From Botryllus schlosseri (lineage: Eukaryota), in the NCBI GenBank assembly GCA_051294905.1, contig CM119372.1, positions 8,494,001 through 8,558,000 on the forward strand: a stretch of DNA of 64,000 nt, in the 5' to 3' direction. Shown here one piece after another: positions 51,594 to 63,067 of the stretch. How positions within the stretch are numbered: position 1 is the first letter of the stretch; each line of letters begins with the position of its first letter. The translations under genes were made by a program, and so were the position numbers. The notes beneath the pieces were generated by a model. The model was not told the origin of the DNA. It was given only the letters and a program-made list of their open reading frames with translations, and ran no database searches.

Positions 51594-52143
51594 CTGAAAT
51601 AACAAAACCAGTGTTGCGGAGTAATTCCAAATCAGAAAAGTATGCTGGATAGCCTAGATTTCAAGGTTTCAACAGTTTTGCACGATTCGGTGAGAGTTCT
51701 TTAGTGAGCACAAGTTTCTTGAAACAAAAGCTACATGTTTCAGTACCTGAGTTTTGCAATACTCTTACAAAACAATTCTACAAATAGTGAAGAAAACAGT
51801 TACTATTGTGACTAGCAGAATAAAGGGCAAAACAACTGATAAAATAGGGTTCTCTAATCCTTGAACGAGATATATACAACTAACAGTTAAAACGATTTGA
51901 TAAACCACGGTTTTGGAACCGACGCATCCAAGAGAGTAGGGTATGTATAGGAGTCAACACAACAACAAAAACATTTGGGCTACGCATTTGCACATCTAGA
52001 TGATAACCAGAAAATGTACGAAGATATACACATACACTTTCCTAAAGTTACCTTGACGGCTATTAAACTGAGGAATAGTAGATAGATGGAGAATCAAAAA
52101 ATAATGCTCATGACAAAATGAACAGTATTGACTAATTGGTTAC

Positions 52144-52247
52144 CTGTGCAACTTTTCCGGCAGGTAGACTTGTTCCACAGTAACTGTTTTGCGGCAGGAT
52201 TTTAAAAACGCATTATCATCAGCAACAACGGACACTGCCGGGGATTC
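52144..52247 (-). CDS. CDAN1: Codanin-1 exon
   Basis: ESPAVS...VTVEQVYLPEKLH(R); phases 0/2. Confidence 0.75.
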
Positions 52248-52309
52248 CTGAAAGCATAAGATGCGATATTCGTCATGCCATCGAGGCGCGAGAATTGGAA
52301 AAAATCCAC

Positions 52310-53204
52310 CTTTCCCAGCATATTAGCGCATGGCTGTGATCCCGATTTCATTTTCAGAAGGAGATCGCGTTCGTTTTCGGCGACGTCAGCTTCGGTGCCA
52401 TTCAAAAACGGATTACCGACATTCGAAGCTCCTTTCATCGATGTCTTGGTACCAGGCACAGACATTAAAGCTGGGCCAATTCTTTTCGTTTTTGCATGGC
52501 CGCCGACTTCGATCAACGTCGGCTTGATCCTACGAGACGGCTTTGAAGATTTTTCTGGTGCGGCATTGGACAACGATGGGAAATCTTCTTCTCCAAACAA
52601 AGTTTTCGAACAGGAATTCGTATCACTCGACAAATTATCGCTGCGAGACCCTTCGGGAGAGTGTATCGTGTTCGCCCGTTTCCCTTTTCTGCCCGCTTTC
52701 TTTCTTTGCGAATTTTGCTGAGCGGGCTTCAAATCACGCACCATAAAGTCCGTTAAATGAATCGGTTCGCGTCGACTTTGACGAAAATGTCTTCCTTGAT
52801 CGGACCGCGGCGTTACGCAGTCTTGAGTTCTCGGACTTGTCCTCCTACGCAAACCATCAGCTTCTTGAGTTTTTGCTTTTGGCTTCACCACCATATGATT
52901 TATTTTACCGCCTGGCTGACGGAAGGAAATATTCGCTGATTTTGCGACCGTCTTCTCATGTGCTTCATTACTTTGTGATGACAGAATGCGTGACGCCGAC
53001 TCGCGGAGGAAATCGAGAAAGAAGCACACAAAATCTTCATCGTAGAGCGCTCGCTTAAGAGATAAGTCTAAACCGGTCAAGCTTTTGAAGTCGACAACAG
53101 GATGGAGTTCCGTGTCCAAAACGTTGTCGAGAGCAGTAAAAAAACAACCGTCAGACATCCCATCGGGGCAGTGGTCGGATGGCAGAACCAAAGCTAGAAT
53201 ATCT
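52310..53204 (-). CDS. CDAN1: Codanin-1 large N-terminal exon (likely ATG at 53158)
   Basis: DFVCFFLDFLRESASRIL similar to EFVPFLLNFLREQSSRVL; EEDFPSL...SRRIKPT similar to LEEFPPV...SRRINPT; acceptor TTCAG at 53205; true start uncertain. Confidence 0.88.
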
Positions 53205-54297
53205 CTGAACATCAAAAAAAGGCAGTGAGAGATGAATATCGATGAAACAGGGATGGAAAAGTGTCAGAATATGTTGGTAACTGAAAGAGCAAGGTTTCCC
53301 TATCAGTAGCACACTCTACTACTATAACATACATACACTGAAACGGGAATCACTCCAGATAGTTTTGAGGAAGAAGATGACACATTTGCGCAATAATACA
53401 AAAGGTACAGTAGGCATTAAAAAGAAATGATGGTCAGATAAAGGTAAGACATAACGACAAAATATACAAATCTTTGAACATGAAAAATGTGCACAAGGTA
53501 TACGAAACATCACGTTCCCGTTATGACAAACAATGGAAGGGTCACGTGCCTTTAAGCATTTCGCACGCCAGTCTCACTGTAGCAACCAAAAATTCAGGCA
53601 TGTCTGTACTTCGTCGAGCGTGACGAATGAATTACGATAAAGAATACTGACACTTGAAAAAAAGGTACAGATCGTCATCAGCCCTGAATGCTTGCAACCG
53701 ACTCTGTCATGACACTGAAACCAAAAAAGATGCTGGCTCAATGGCATGTTTTGACACCGCATACTACATAGTCATCGGTCAACATTGGTCATATTCAACG
53801 ATTTAGATTTTATCAATGCAGACTCCTACGGGAATGAGTAGAAGACGTATCAAACCCTAGTAAGGAAACCAGCGTCCTGTTATATTAGACCACTTCAACT
53901 ACAATATAGCGCGCACACAGAGCATTGAACGAAATTATAATCAATAGCATGACATCAATAACTCCATAACAACAATAATTGTGACCAAACATATGTAAAA
54001 AATGTGGTTTTGACCTATTTTAGGCACTATATCCGTACATTCGACCCCAATCCATGACGGCAGCTTGTCACCAGACCTCGTGTGGCTTACCAAGCATAGG
54101 ATAACATCATCATTAACATGTGCCTTCATTTCGAACATCCAGATTCTGACAGGTGAACGATGTCAAGACTTTGCAAACCTCTGCGAATAGAACAATCCTT
54201 GAAATAGGCACGCCTAGTACGAAGCACTACCATTTCCGCTTCGATTGTGACTCAGACTTAGACCCGGTGGATCGAGAGAATATCCTTTGCAGTTAAT

Positions 54298-54801
54298 TTA
54301 AAAATCATTGTTCATCGGCATATTCAAAATCTCATCGTCCGTGTCACGGTCTTCCGTCAACGGCGCGTCCTCTGTAATGACAGTGCTGTCGCCTTCGGTA
54401 CCTAAAAGCGGCATACCCATCCTCAACTTCTTCATGCAAACCTGAATCTCTTTCTTATGTCCCAGGCGTTCGATTTTTTCCAGACAATCGTCAAACGTCA
54501 TTCGCGGATGGAGCCTGTGCGCCCAATGCTCCAGCCGCGCAAGTAGTAAGTCCAAGTCTTCCACCTCATGCCCGCGGCCTTTGAAAAGAACTCCATCGAA
54601 TTCGTTCTGCAACGCCTCCAAGCCGCGGGTTCCCATCAGTCTTTTGGTGTCTAGTTTCGGCTGAGGTTTGAGAGTGCGTTTCTTTTTCACGGCAGCCAAA
54701 GGGATGTCTTCGAGTTCTTGCGGTTTAGTTTCCGAAGTCGCGTTCTCGCCTTGTTCGTCTGCCCCGACAGCATTATCGAACAGATTATCTAAATCGTCCA
54801 T
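54298..54801 (-). CDS. TIPIN: TIMELESS-interacting protein (Swi3/Csm3 domain), 167 aa, single coding exon
   Basis: KPQPKLDTKRLMGTRGL...GHEVEDLDLLLARLEHWAHRLHPRMTFDDCLEKIERLGHKKEIQ is the Swi3 domain. Confidence 0.93.
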   Translation of the reverse strand: MDDLDNLFDNAVGADEQGENATSETKPQELEDIPLAAVKKKRTLKPQPKLDTKRLMGTRGLEALQNEFDGVLFKGRGHEVEDLDLLLARLEHWAHRLHPRMTFDDCLEKIERLGHKKEIQVCMKKLRMGMPLLGTEGDSTVITEDAPLTEDRDTDDEILNMPMNNDF

Positions 54802-55659
54802 GACGGTTGGATACGTAAAACTGAGAAACGCAAGGAATATGAGGGATCACTGCTTGGTAACTTGATTCAGGCGGCAATTATAGTACGACACAACACAAAT
54901 TTGCGCAATAGCATATTGGCAGTTTTTATGAGAGTCAGTTCCCAAAGCTGCAACCGAGGGGTCCACATAAACACCGTACAATTCTATAAAGTGAACAATG
55001 AATATTAGTGAATCGATCGCTTTGTTGCCCCCTAATAGGATTTGCAGATTTTGTAGGTTTCAACAGTTTTCTTCAATAATTTCATGAAAAATTTGACATT
55101 TCTCAGAAGAATTGGCGCATAGATTCAGACTCAAATCAGCATACTCTGGACTAGAAGAGCTATAAATGAATTTTCCATCGTTAAAGTGACAAGCAATAAT
55201 TCTTGGAATTGGTGAATAAGCGTAAAATCGGCAGTATGCACATGGCTATCCACATAGGTTAGGTTTTCAGGTGGCAGAAATGTGCACTAGCTCTCCAGCA
55301 CGTGATACGATATATGCTGACCTTCATCAATTTTCAGTATTACCATAGGCCTATATAGTGCCAGTGCAGTGCGTATTGGTTTTCATGGTCAATCGCAGCG
55401 AATTATTAGAAATGCCATTTTAAAGCGGCACACAGAGAAATTATATTCTTGAACTGTTTTAAAATATAGCCTACATGCTCATTGCTCAAACCATAATTGA
55501 AGCCTGACAAAAATAGGAAACGCAAGTATTCACATGTCACCTGGTGATTTTGCTCCGTGAAGCCGGATTCAAGTTATTAGAATGACGGATATCTAATGGC
55601 GAGAATGATAAATTGATGAATGTTTACTCAGATCATTATAAATAGGGATATATTAGTAT

Positions 55660-57063
55660 TCACCTCCACCCCAGTTTAAAAGGCGAGGCTTTGTTTAGTC
55701 GAGGATAATTGGGGTACTTGGGCATGCTTCTTTGGTCAATCACACGACTGTACCACTTCATAACATCGTCTTCACCGGTGCATTTTGACAAACCTAATTC
55801 TGTTAGCCCACGATGGAATCGCTTGGGTGTGTGGACAAACGCCTTCACCCAACTACCAGTGTCCCGATATGTGTGGAGTATTTTATAAGCAACGTCCAGA
55901 GTAAGCTCATCCCTGCCAGAACGATTACCCCACACCAGATATTTATGTAACGGAAATCTCACTTTTTCGACTCCGATCATGTTTGCGTAATTGTACGTGG
56001 CTTTCACAGAGCTGTTTGCCCCTATGTCAACGAGACCACCAATTACGTAACTCTTGGTATCGTCAAAAGTATCCATGTCGCCATTCGCATCAGGGGTGAG
56101 GTATATTAAATTTTCCAAACTCACTCCTTCTACATCCAACAGACTGTTTTCAGTCACAGTCCACAGACCGTTTGGAAAATTGAACGGGCGAGTTTTCATC
56201 ATCACCTGATACACGTGTGAGCTTTCTTTTAAATTACACAACACCACATTGAACGGAGTAGTGTTAGCTACATTATGATTCATAACGGCAACAAGTTGAC
56301 TGCATAAGCTCTTCTTCCCTTTATCGTTCATCAACGTTTCAAAAGACATATCGAAGATGAGAGGTTTCACATCGTTTAACGTATTTTGAATTCTGTACTC
56401 CGTGAGCCCGTGCTGTCTTCTCTTCAATCTGTATGTAGGCACGGGATCATTTCTCTCCGGCCTGTCCGGATCCTCTTTTTCTGTTTGTGCCTGTTTCTTG
56501 CTCTTGTTGATAGCGTCACGGTATTTCATCGCCGCTTTCCTTAAAATGAATGTCATTTGGTACTTATGGCGAAGACATTTGTCAATTTCCTCCATAGAGA
56601 AAGACTGAAACTCGCACGAGGGAACGTTCAACTTGTGAGTAAACTCGTGCGCCATGGCAGTTTGCTTTACAAATTCACGTTTCAATTCGTCACTCGCAAG
56701 CACACCGCTTGATTTTTCATCCAACAGCTTGTCCGGCCATGGTGTGTTTCCAGTGCTTTCCATTGCCTTAACAATCGGATGGCTTTTGAGAGTTTTATCT
56801 TCCACTAAATCCCCAATCGGTCTATCTGGTGGCACAAGAGGGCCTTGTTTCAGTTCTGTGAGACAGGCTTCCATTTTCTTTTGAAATTCCATCTTCGACA
56901 TGACTGGCGTTCCGCGCCTCACTTGGGCGCTGAGACCAGAGTTTTTTTGCGGACCCGTTCCCGATTTGATCCATACTCTGTCAGTGTATTTGGATCGCAG
57001 CGCCGACTTAATCCGAATTTGAGGACCGATTCTGATCAGCTTGTCAGTTTGCTTTTTCCACAT
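55660..57063 (-). CDS. TRMT10C: Mitochondrial tRNA m1R9 methyltransferase / RNase P protein 1, about 467 aa
   Basis: SPOUT Trm10 motifs IFDMSF, PFNVVLCNL, YLTPDA...YVIGGLVD, LTLD...W..A...PKR; basic N-terminus; first ATG at 57063 (ORF open to 57171). Confidence 0.9.
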   Translation of the reverse strand: MWKKQTDKLIRIGPQIRIKSALRSKYTDRVWIKSGTGPQKNSGLSAQVRRGTPVMSKMEFQKKMEACLTELKQGPLVPPDRPIGDLVEDKTLKSHPIVKAMESTGNTPWPDKLLDEKSSGVLASDELKREFVKQTAMAHEFTHKLNVPSCEFQSFSMEEIDKCLRHKYQMTFILRKAAMKYRDAINKSKKQAQTEKEDPDRPERNDPVPTYRLKRRQHGLTEYRIQNTLNDVKPLIFDMSFETLMNDKGKKSLCSQLVAVMNHNVANTTPFNVVLCNLKESSHVYQVMMKTRPFNFPNGLWTVTENSLLDVEGVSLENLIYLTPDANGDMDTFDDTKSYVIGGLVDIGANSSVKATYNYANMIGVEKVRFPLHKYLVWGNRSGRDELTLDVAYKILHTYRDTGSWVKAFVHTPKRFHRGLTELGLSKCTGEDDVMKWYSRVIDQRSMPKYPNYPRLNKASPFKLGWR

Positions 57064-58699
57064 CGTTACAGCTATAGATGTCAACTGGAACTGGAAGTTG
57101 CCCAGTAACGATGACGTGCCAAAACGATAAATTCTTCTGGTCACACCCCACCCCTTCGAAATACCAAACACTGTGAAAACACTCCCTTACTGTCAGTGTC
57201 GACACACAAAGCAATGAACAAAACACTATTTTCTAATCTAGTATTAGAATGAAAAAAGATTAGTTTCAATTTCAATTGTGTGTAAATCATACCATGACGA
57301 AAATATGTTATTTTAATAGCCATGCAGCCATGCAGCCATGCAGCCAAACAGTGAGACATTTCCGCTACATTTTCACACTAATCACTTCAACTCTCACGCA
57401 ACCTCGCAAGAACATCAACATCTTCGAAGTAAACAGTATATTTTTTCGCGCCTTGCGCGATTTACTCGCATTTCCAGGCCTGTTACAAAGTTTCATGTTT
57501 ATGAAGTTTCGTGAAATGCCAGGCAACAAGTCACCTCACCTCACCAAATACCACACAGGAAGGAGGGCATACCGTATACGCCGTACGGTAACATTGAAGT
57601 ATTGGGAGGGGATGTTGCGGTTCGCGGCGTGTGCCAACATGGAAAGTTGACCCCCCAGTCTGAGACTCACCCCTGCTTGTCTGGCGCTAAATCTAAACAT
57701 TTTTCGAAGAAGCAGAAATCGACAAATCAAATTGTCGATGGAGGCATACGTGGTACCAAAACCATGTTGTTCTGAAAGTCAACTCAAAAGTCGCGGTTTT
57801 CATCTGAACCAGCTCGTGTGTCTCCGACCACTGCCACCTTGACTGAGGCTTGGCCGGAAAGCACCTGAGCGGAAAGCATGTTTTTGGGACAATCATCGTG
57901 TAGGCATTTATATTTTCATATGAGAAGAGACACACTCGATTCAGTGCCATACATAACTACACAAGACAATATGCGATGTAATGAACAGATAGGAGGATAT
58001 TGAATCGACAAATTACAGCCACTTCGCATAACCCTGGCCGCGGCCTAGTGCCCGATGTAAGTCTTCCGGCTGTTTTTCTTCCTCATTTTCATTCGATTAC
58101 GTGTATGTGTCCTTCATAGGGTTTTTCTTTGGGCTTTATGTTGTAAAGACGCCGTAATAACAAGCAAAACATGGGAGAGGGAGTTCAGATGAAAATCCGT
58201 CTCTTCGAAACTTGCTACCGTTGACGAGAGTCGAGCTGGGGTGTCTCGTGAGTCGTGAGCTATGGATTAATCATATCCTTTATAAATGATATGGTTTATT
58301 CGCAATCGTAATAATCGTTAGATTATGTATTTTCATCAGATCAAGACACAATGTACAATGCGATTCGGTCAAAGTCAAAGCGGCTGTCGAGACCATCTGA
58401 CGAGACCAGACCATTTTCTGTTTTTTCATAATCCTGACCTGATAACACAACATCACATGGAGCCGACTCAATTCAACTCAGCGTATTCATGATTACGGGC
58501 CTTAACCCAACTCAGCCCAACAACACAAAATAATTTGCGATAATCGTTATCTTTACGCCAGGCTGCACCAACAAACACATAGTACAATGCGTAGGTACGG
58601 CGCAGCAGAGCAGCGTGATCTGATGATGCCCCGATTGCCAACAGGGGTTAAACCCGGTCAGAGGCCAAACGCCAGACGCCGAACGCCGCGCGGCGGCCG

Positions 58700-58860
58700 A
58701 ATGTCTATACGGCGTTTGGCGTCTGGTTTTCTGAGACGCCGAGTAGCTATACGGCGTTTGGCGTCTGTTATGTTCAGACGCCGAGTAGCTATACGGCGTT
58801 TGGTGTCTGTTCAGACGCCGAGTAGCTATACATACAGCGTTCGGCATCTGGTATGTTGAG
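58700..58860 (-). repeat. 42-bp tandem units of the left TIR
   Basis: About 3 units, reverse complement of the 61665-61830 array. Confidence 0.9.
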
Positions 58861-59169
58861 AATAGGGTTTGATTTGAAGGTTGAGGCTTGAACAGGAGTT
58901 GATCTGGCTGCTTGAGAACATACACGTTTCGTATTAGACAGATCGTCAGTCACGTTACTACAGCTACTGCATGATTTGTTGCTGGGAACTTAACCACCGC
59001 TAAAAGATTACAGTATGTGACTAGTAAAGTAACAAGATATTTTATTGTTTTCTAGTATAGTTAGTTAGTGATTGATTCTAGACTAGACTGAAACAGCTGC
59101 AAAATCCTTTGTATCTCCACTTCACGTATGCTATGGTAAATCAACAGTTCGCGTCACTGAGATCGTATT

Positions 59170-60605
59170 CAAGACACACCTAAAATTTCGTTTCCATATT
59201 ACTTCGCAAAATTCTACACAACACAAGTATACTCCAAATGATCTTCGGTTGTGAGAAGGATTGATGTTCAAAAAGATGAATGAAATTGTGGAGTACTTGC
59301 TTTGAAGGTTTGTGATGCATTCACGCATTGAGATTTGAGAAAATTGATTTGCAATATACTTTCACGTAATAGGCCGCCGAACTCTATCCGATGCAAACCT
59401 GGATTTTGATCATTCTCGACGAGCTTGCGAAAGCTACCGCCAGCAGTTTGGTCAAATCTTGCTTGATGCGACGGGTATGTTAGTCAATGTCAGATTGAAA
59501 CCATTTTAAATACGTAGCATGTTTTGCATGCAGATGAAAAAGAATTGGAAGATTATTGCATTGAATGCAGTAGTCCAAACCCAATAAACAAGACATGAAA
59601 TTGGTAGGGGAGATGTGGTACCGATGAGATAGTGGGACCGAAAATACTTGAAAAATTATCTGAGATAATCCTACGATTACAGTACGCGAATTTGTCTACA
59701 AATGCATGCTGGCAGAATCCATCACACTAACAAACCAGGCATTATTTTTAATGTGAAGTGTAGGGCTTGTATCAGGGTATATAATGCCACACCTTTTTTA
59801 ATTCAATACCATCCTCGAGTTGACTATTTTCAATTCAATTACAATATTTATCGGGTGGGGGGCCTATGGTACCATAACCAAATCAAGCAAAATCACTTAA
59901 CAACAGAAACACGCCTACACATATAAAGGCTGCAAATCATAGTTTCCTGTGGTGCTTTATCGCTATAACGAGGTAATTGAATGTCAAGATGTCGATTTAC
60001 GGGTAATATGTATGTGCCAATAATTTTGTTATTTTGGTCGTAAATCGAAAGGTGATTTTACTCCAACATTTGAGTTGATGTAATCAAATAATCTATTTTA
60101 TTCTTGAAGGTGGCGACGAAACATTCTTCATTGACTTGCTGTAGCTTAGATTATATTACAAAACAAAACAATACGAAAAATTTGAGTTTTTGAACGTATG
60201 TCTCATAGGTCCCATGGTCGTGTGCCTCTGTACCCACCCGTGGGGACCAATGATGCGTTCGAGCAACAAATTTTGAACGTTCATAAATATTTATAAAAAA
60301 CGGATATTCATGTAAATGTCCGAGATACGTAGAGCTTATTGCATCTAAGTGTTGAGCCAGCAAAAGATATATTCTCGGCTGAAGATTTGCGGGCCGGAGA
60401 TCATTTTGCAATTTTTGATCCATCGGTTTCACATCTCCCCTATGCAATTACGAGATTAAATTTGTCAGGTATATTGATTCTAACTTGTTTCCAGGTTGCG
60501 TGTGACGGCTGTGGTCGATGGACGCTCGAGCACTGTTGCCCGGGACAGCAGATACCTGATCCTGATTTTTATTGCATATGCTATGTACCCAGATGTAAAT
60601 TCTGA
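59170..60605 (+). pseudogene. Decayed spliced Ulp1/C48 cysteine protease + PHD finger gene inside the foldback element
   Basis: Exon-like pieces 59170-59307 (...DVQKDE*NCGVLALK), 59373-59474 (AAE...LDFDHSRRACESYRQQFGQILL), 59534-59603 (EDYCIEC...*NW) and 60495-60605 (VACDGCGRW..EHC...FYCIC); GT-AG introns of 65, 59 and 55 bp (MITE removed); stops and frameshifts. Confidence 0.7.
59607..60440. mobile_element. Tc1/mariner (pogo-like) MITE nested in an intron of the Ulp1-PHD remnant
   Basis: TA-GGGGAGATGTGGTACCGATG...CATCGGTTTCACATCTCCCC-TA. Confidence 0.75.
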
Positions 60606-60624
60606 TGTTAACATATTTGTTGGG

Positions 60625-60845
60625 GACATTTTACTGTGGTTTCGTTGCGTATTTACTAATGATTTTTACTGTGGTTCCATTGCTTATTTCTCGGTCACTT
60701 TTACTGTGGTTCCACTGCTGATTTCTGAATGACGTTTACTGTGGTTCCATATTTTATTTCTCTGACTTCTACTGTGGTTCCACTGTGACTTTTCTGTGGT
60801 TTCGTTGCTTGTTTCTTGATAATTTTTACTGTGGTCTGTGGTATT
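60625..60845. repeat. Degenerate minisatellite, core TTTACTGTGGTTCC, period about 35 bp
   Basis: About 7 recurrences of the (A/T)CTGTGGT core. Confidence 0.75.
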
Positions 60846-61128
60846 CGTTGCATATTTCTTATTATGGTTTCATTACATACTGTATCTACAGACTTGGGTC
60901 TGAAATTCATTGTGAGTGTACAGATATAGTGTTGGGATCAAGTCACTACCTTCGAGTCACGACTCATTTCGCATTTTGACTCGAGTGAAGTCAATCGACT
61001 TTTGAAGGTGACTCGAGTCAAGTCAAGTCATTTTAGCAAAGTGAATCGAGTCGATTCAAGTCATACGAAAAAGGTGACTTGAGTCAAGTCATGACTCGAG
61101 TCATCCCAACACTGATATGGGGTGGTGA

Positions 61129-61499
61129 CAGGGTTGGAACCAAGTCAATTTGACTCGAGTCATTTTCAATTCACCACCGAGTCAAGTCCGAGAGCAAATG
61201 GGTTGAGTCCAAGTCATGGTGTTTAATGTTACCCCATCCAGTTCAACTTTAGGTCACTTCTGTGGAACTCTCGGGGGTGATATCGAAGGCCTCGGATAAT
61301 TAATATATTCATTTTTTCCCACTCCGAACATGTTTATTGTAACAGATAAAAGGCAGGTTTAGGGCACATTTTTCATTTATCAGTCCTGATATACCATTCT
61401 TGAATAAGCCATAGAATGAGTAAATCCAATTTTAAGAAAATAACTCGGGTCAGCAAAAAAATTGTGAGTTGAGTCATGACTCGATTCATTGCAACCCTG
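61129..61499. mobile_element. hAT-type MITE (GACTCGAGTC family)
   Basis: CAGGGTTG...CAACCCTG; exact TSD GGTGGTGA. Confidence 0.85.
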
Positions 61500-61664
61500 G
61501 GTGGTGATACAATAATTTTAAACAGCTTGGCAGACAATCATTTGGGATTCTGCCAACGCTTATTATGAAAAAAATGTAACAATATGCAATCTTCGGTATC
61601 ATATAGTTGCGAGAACATAATAGTCGCGCCATGAAAGGATTTAGCCTCTGCTCAGTTTACCGAG

Positions 61665-61830
61665 ATACCAGACGCCAAACGCCGTATAGCTACTCGGCGT
61701 CTCAACATACCAGACGCCAAACGCCGTATAGCTACTCGGCGTCTGAACATAACAGACGCCAAACGCCGTATAGCTACTCGGCGTCTGAACATAACAGACG
61801 CCAAACGCCGTATAGCTACTCGGCGTCTCA
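61665..61830 (+). repeat. 42-bp tandem units of the right TIR
   Basis: 4 copies of ATA(A/C)CAGACGCCAAACGCCGTATAGCTACTCGGCGTCT(G/C)AAC. Confidence 0.92.
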
Positions 61831-62389
61831 GAAAACCAGACGCCAAACGCCGTATAGACATTCGGCCGCCGCTCGGCGTTTGGCGTCTGGCGTTTGGCCT
61901 CTGAGCGGGTTTAACCCCTACTCCCGATTGCCGCCGTAGTGGTGAGCTGCTGATCGGCTCTTGACGGCGTGTGGTGTGTACTGTGCAGCACGCCTGCACT
62001 GCTGTTGTTCTGCCTAATTCGTGGAATCTTGATGTGTTTCGGCGACTTTTCCCGTGAAATAAACATGGTATGTCGCCCAAAATATAATTGATTGGTAACA
62101 GTTACTCGTACCGATGGACTATGGTGGTAATCAAATGGAAATTTTGAAGCGCTTTCATCGTGTAAATTGTATATCTGCTATCTTTGTGGTTTCATTATCG
62201 AACGTGACTATGGTTGCATCGCCTTAACTATGTTTAGTTACGGTACTACCCATAAATTAGCCTTCATAAATTCCAGTCTTATGTCGTCTACTCTGGTCGT
62301 ATAGGCCCAGGGATTACATATTGTTTGCTAGCCGACCAGTAAACCAATCCTGCTGGTTTAGTGGTAGGCTAGTATAGAATGACTAACCG

Positions 62390-62540
62390 ACAAGATATCG
62401 TAATGGTGAAGCGTCCGGCTTCTTGATCGGTAGGTCGTGGGTCCGATCCCCGGCTGGGTCAGACCAAAGACCTGATTAGTAACACTGGTATCGATGACTT
62501 CACCGCTTGGTGCTCATGCATTGGGATATCATGGAGGTGA
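62390..62540 (+). mobile_element. tRNA-derived SINE, copy 2
   Basis: TAATGGTGAAGCG...GGTCCGATCCCC followed by GGGTCAGACCAAAGAC...CTGGTA...GCTTGGTGCTCATGCATT. Confidence 0.6.
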
Positions 62541-63067
62541 GTCCTCCCATCGTTTTTCATTTATCATCAGACATTGAGCAGAATATCCACTAAATCTATT
62601 ATTATCAGTAATTTTGCATTAGCCATAAAGAAGTGGTGGCAATGGCAAAGTCACTTGCAACTTGCATATTCTATCAAATAAATCCTTTGTCACGTCCTAT
62701 ATACTGAAATCTCTGTACGTTTTGCCTGATATTTCGGGTGAGCAGGGATGATTCTCCAGGTTAAAGTAATTTGATAAAAAATAATAAAAAATAGAACGTG
62801 GTGTGAGCACTGGACACCGATTCCATACAGGCTGTCACGTGCAACTTACTGCCGAAAACAACCATGGTTTCCAGCCTGGGCCGTGAATGTCTCTTTACTT
62901 TTCGTAATTGTAATCCAATTATTATAGCCGAAACGATGGTTTTATATTAGTTGTGAAGAGCTCACATTTACAGTTGAATGCCTCAATTTCAATACCAGGT
63001 ACAATATTTCACTTGTATATTAACTTTTCAAGATTCCCTAGGCAATCTTCACTTGAATCTATTCACG

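Larger units (their letters stand above)
58640..61922. mobile_element. Mutator/Phantom-like foldback element, 3283 bp, non-autonomous
   Basis: Exact 10-bp TSD CCCGATTGCC (58630-58639 and 61923-61932); TIRs of about 220-260 bp (AACAGGGGTTAAACCCG / CGGGTTTAACCCCTACT) built from 42-bp tandem units. Confidence 0.8.

Noticed and set aside
58620-58640. CTGATGA as another hammerhead core
   Set aside because: No downstream GAAA or UH and no stem I, even after removing the inserted element
61665-61830. CRISPR-like look of the hairpin-forming 42-bp repeats
   Set aside because: Units are head-to-tail with no unique spacers, there are no cas genes, the context is eukaryotic, and they are explained as TIR modules
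58512-62080. Repetitive ORFs (RRQTPYSYSASEHN)n and their antisense versions
   Set aside because: Translations of the 42-bp unit, which is a multiple of 3; no coding evidence
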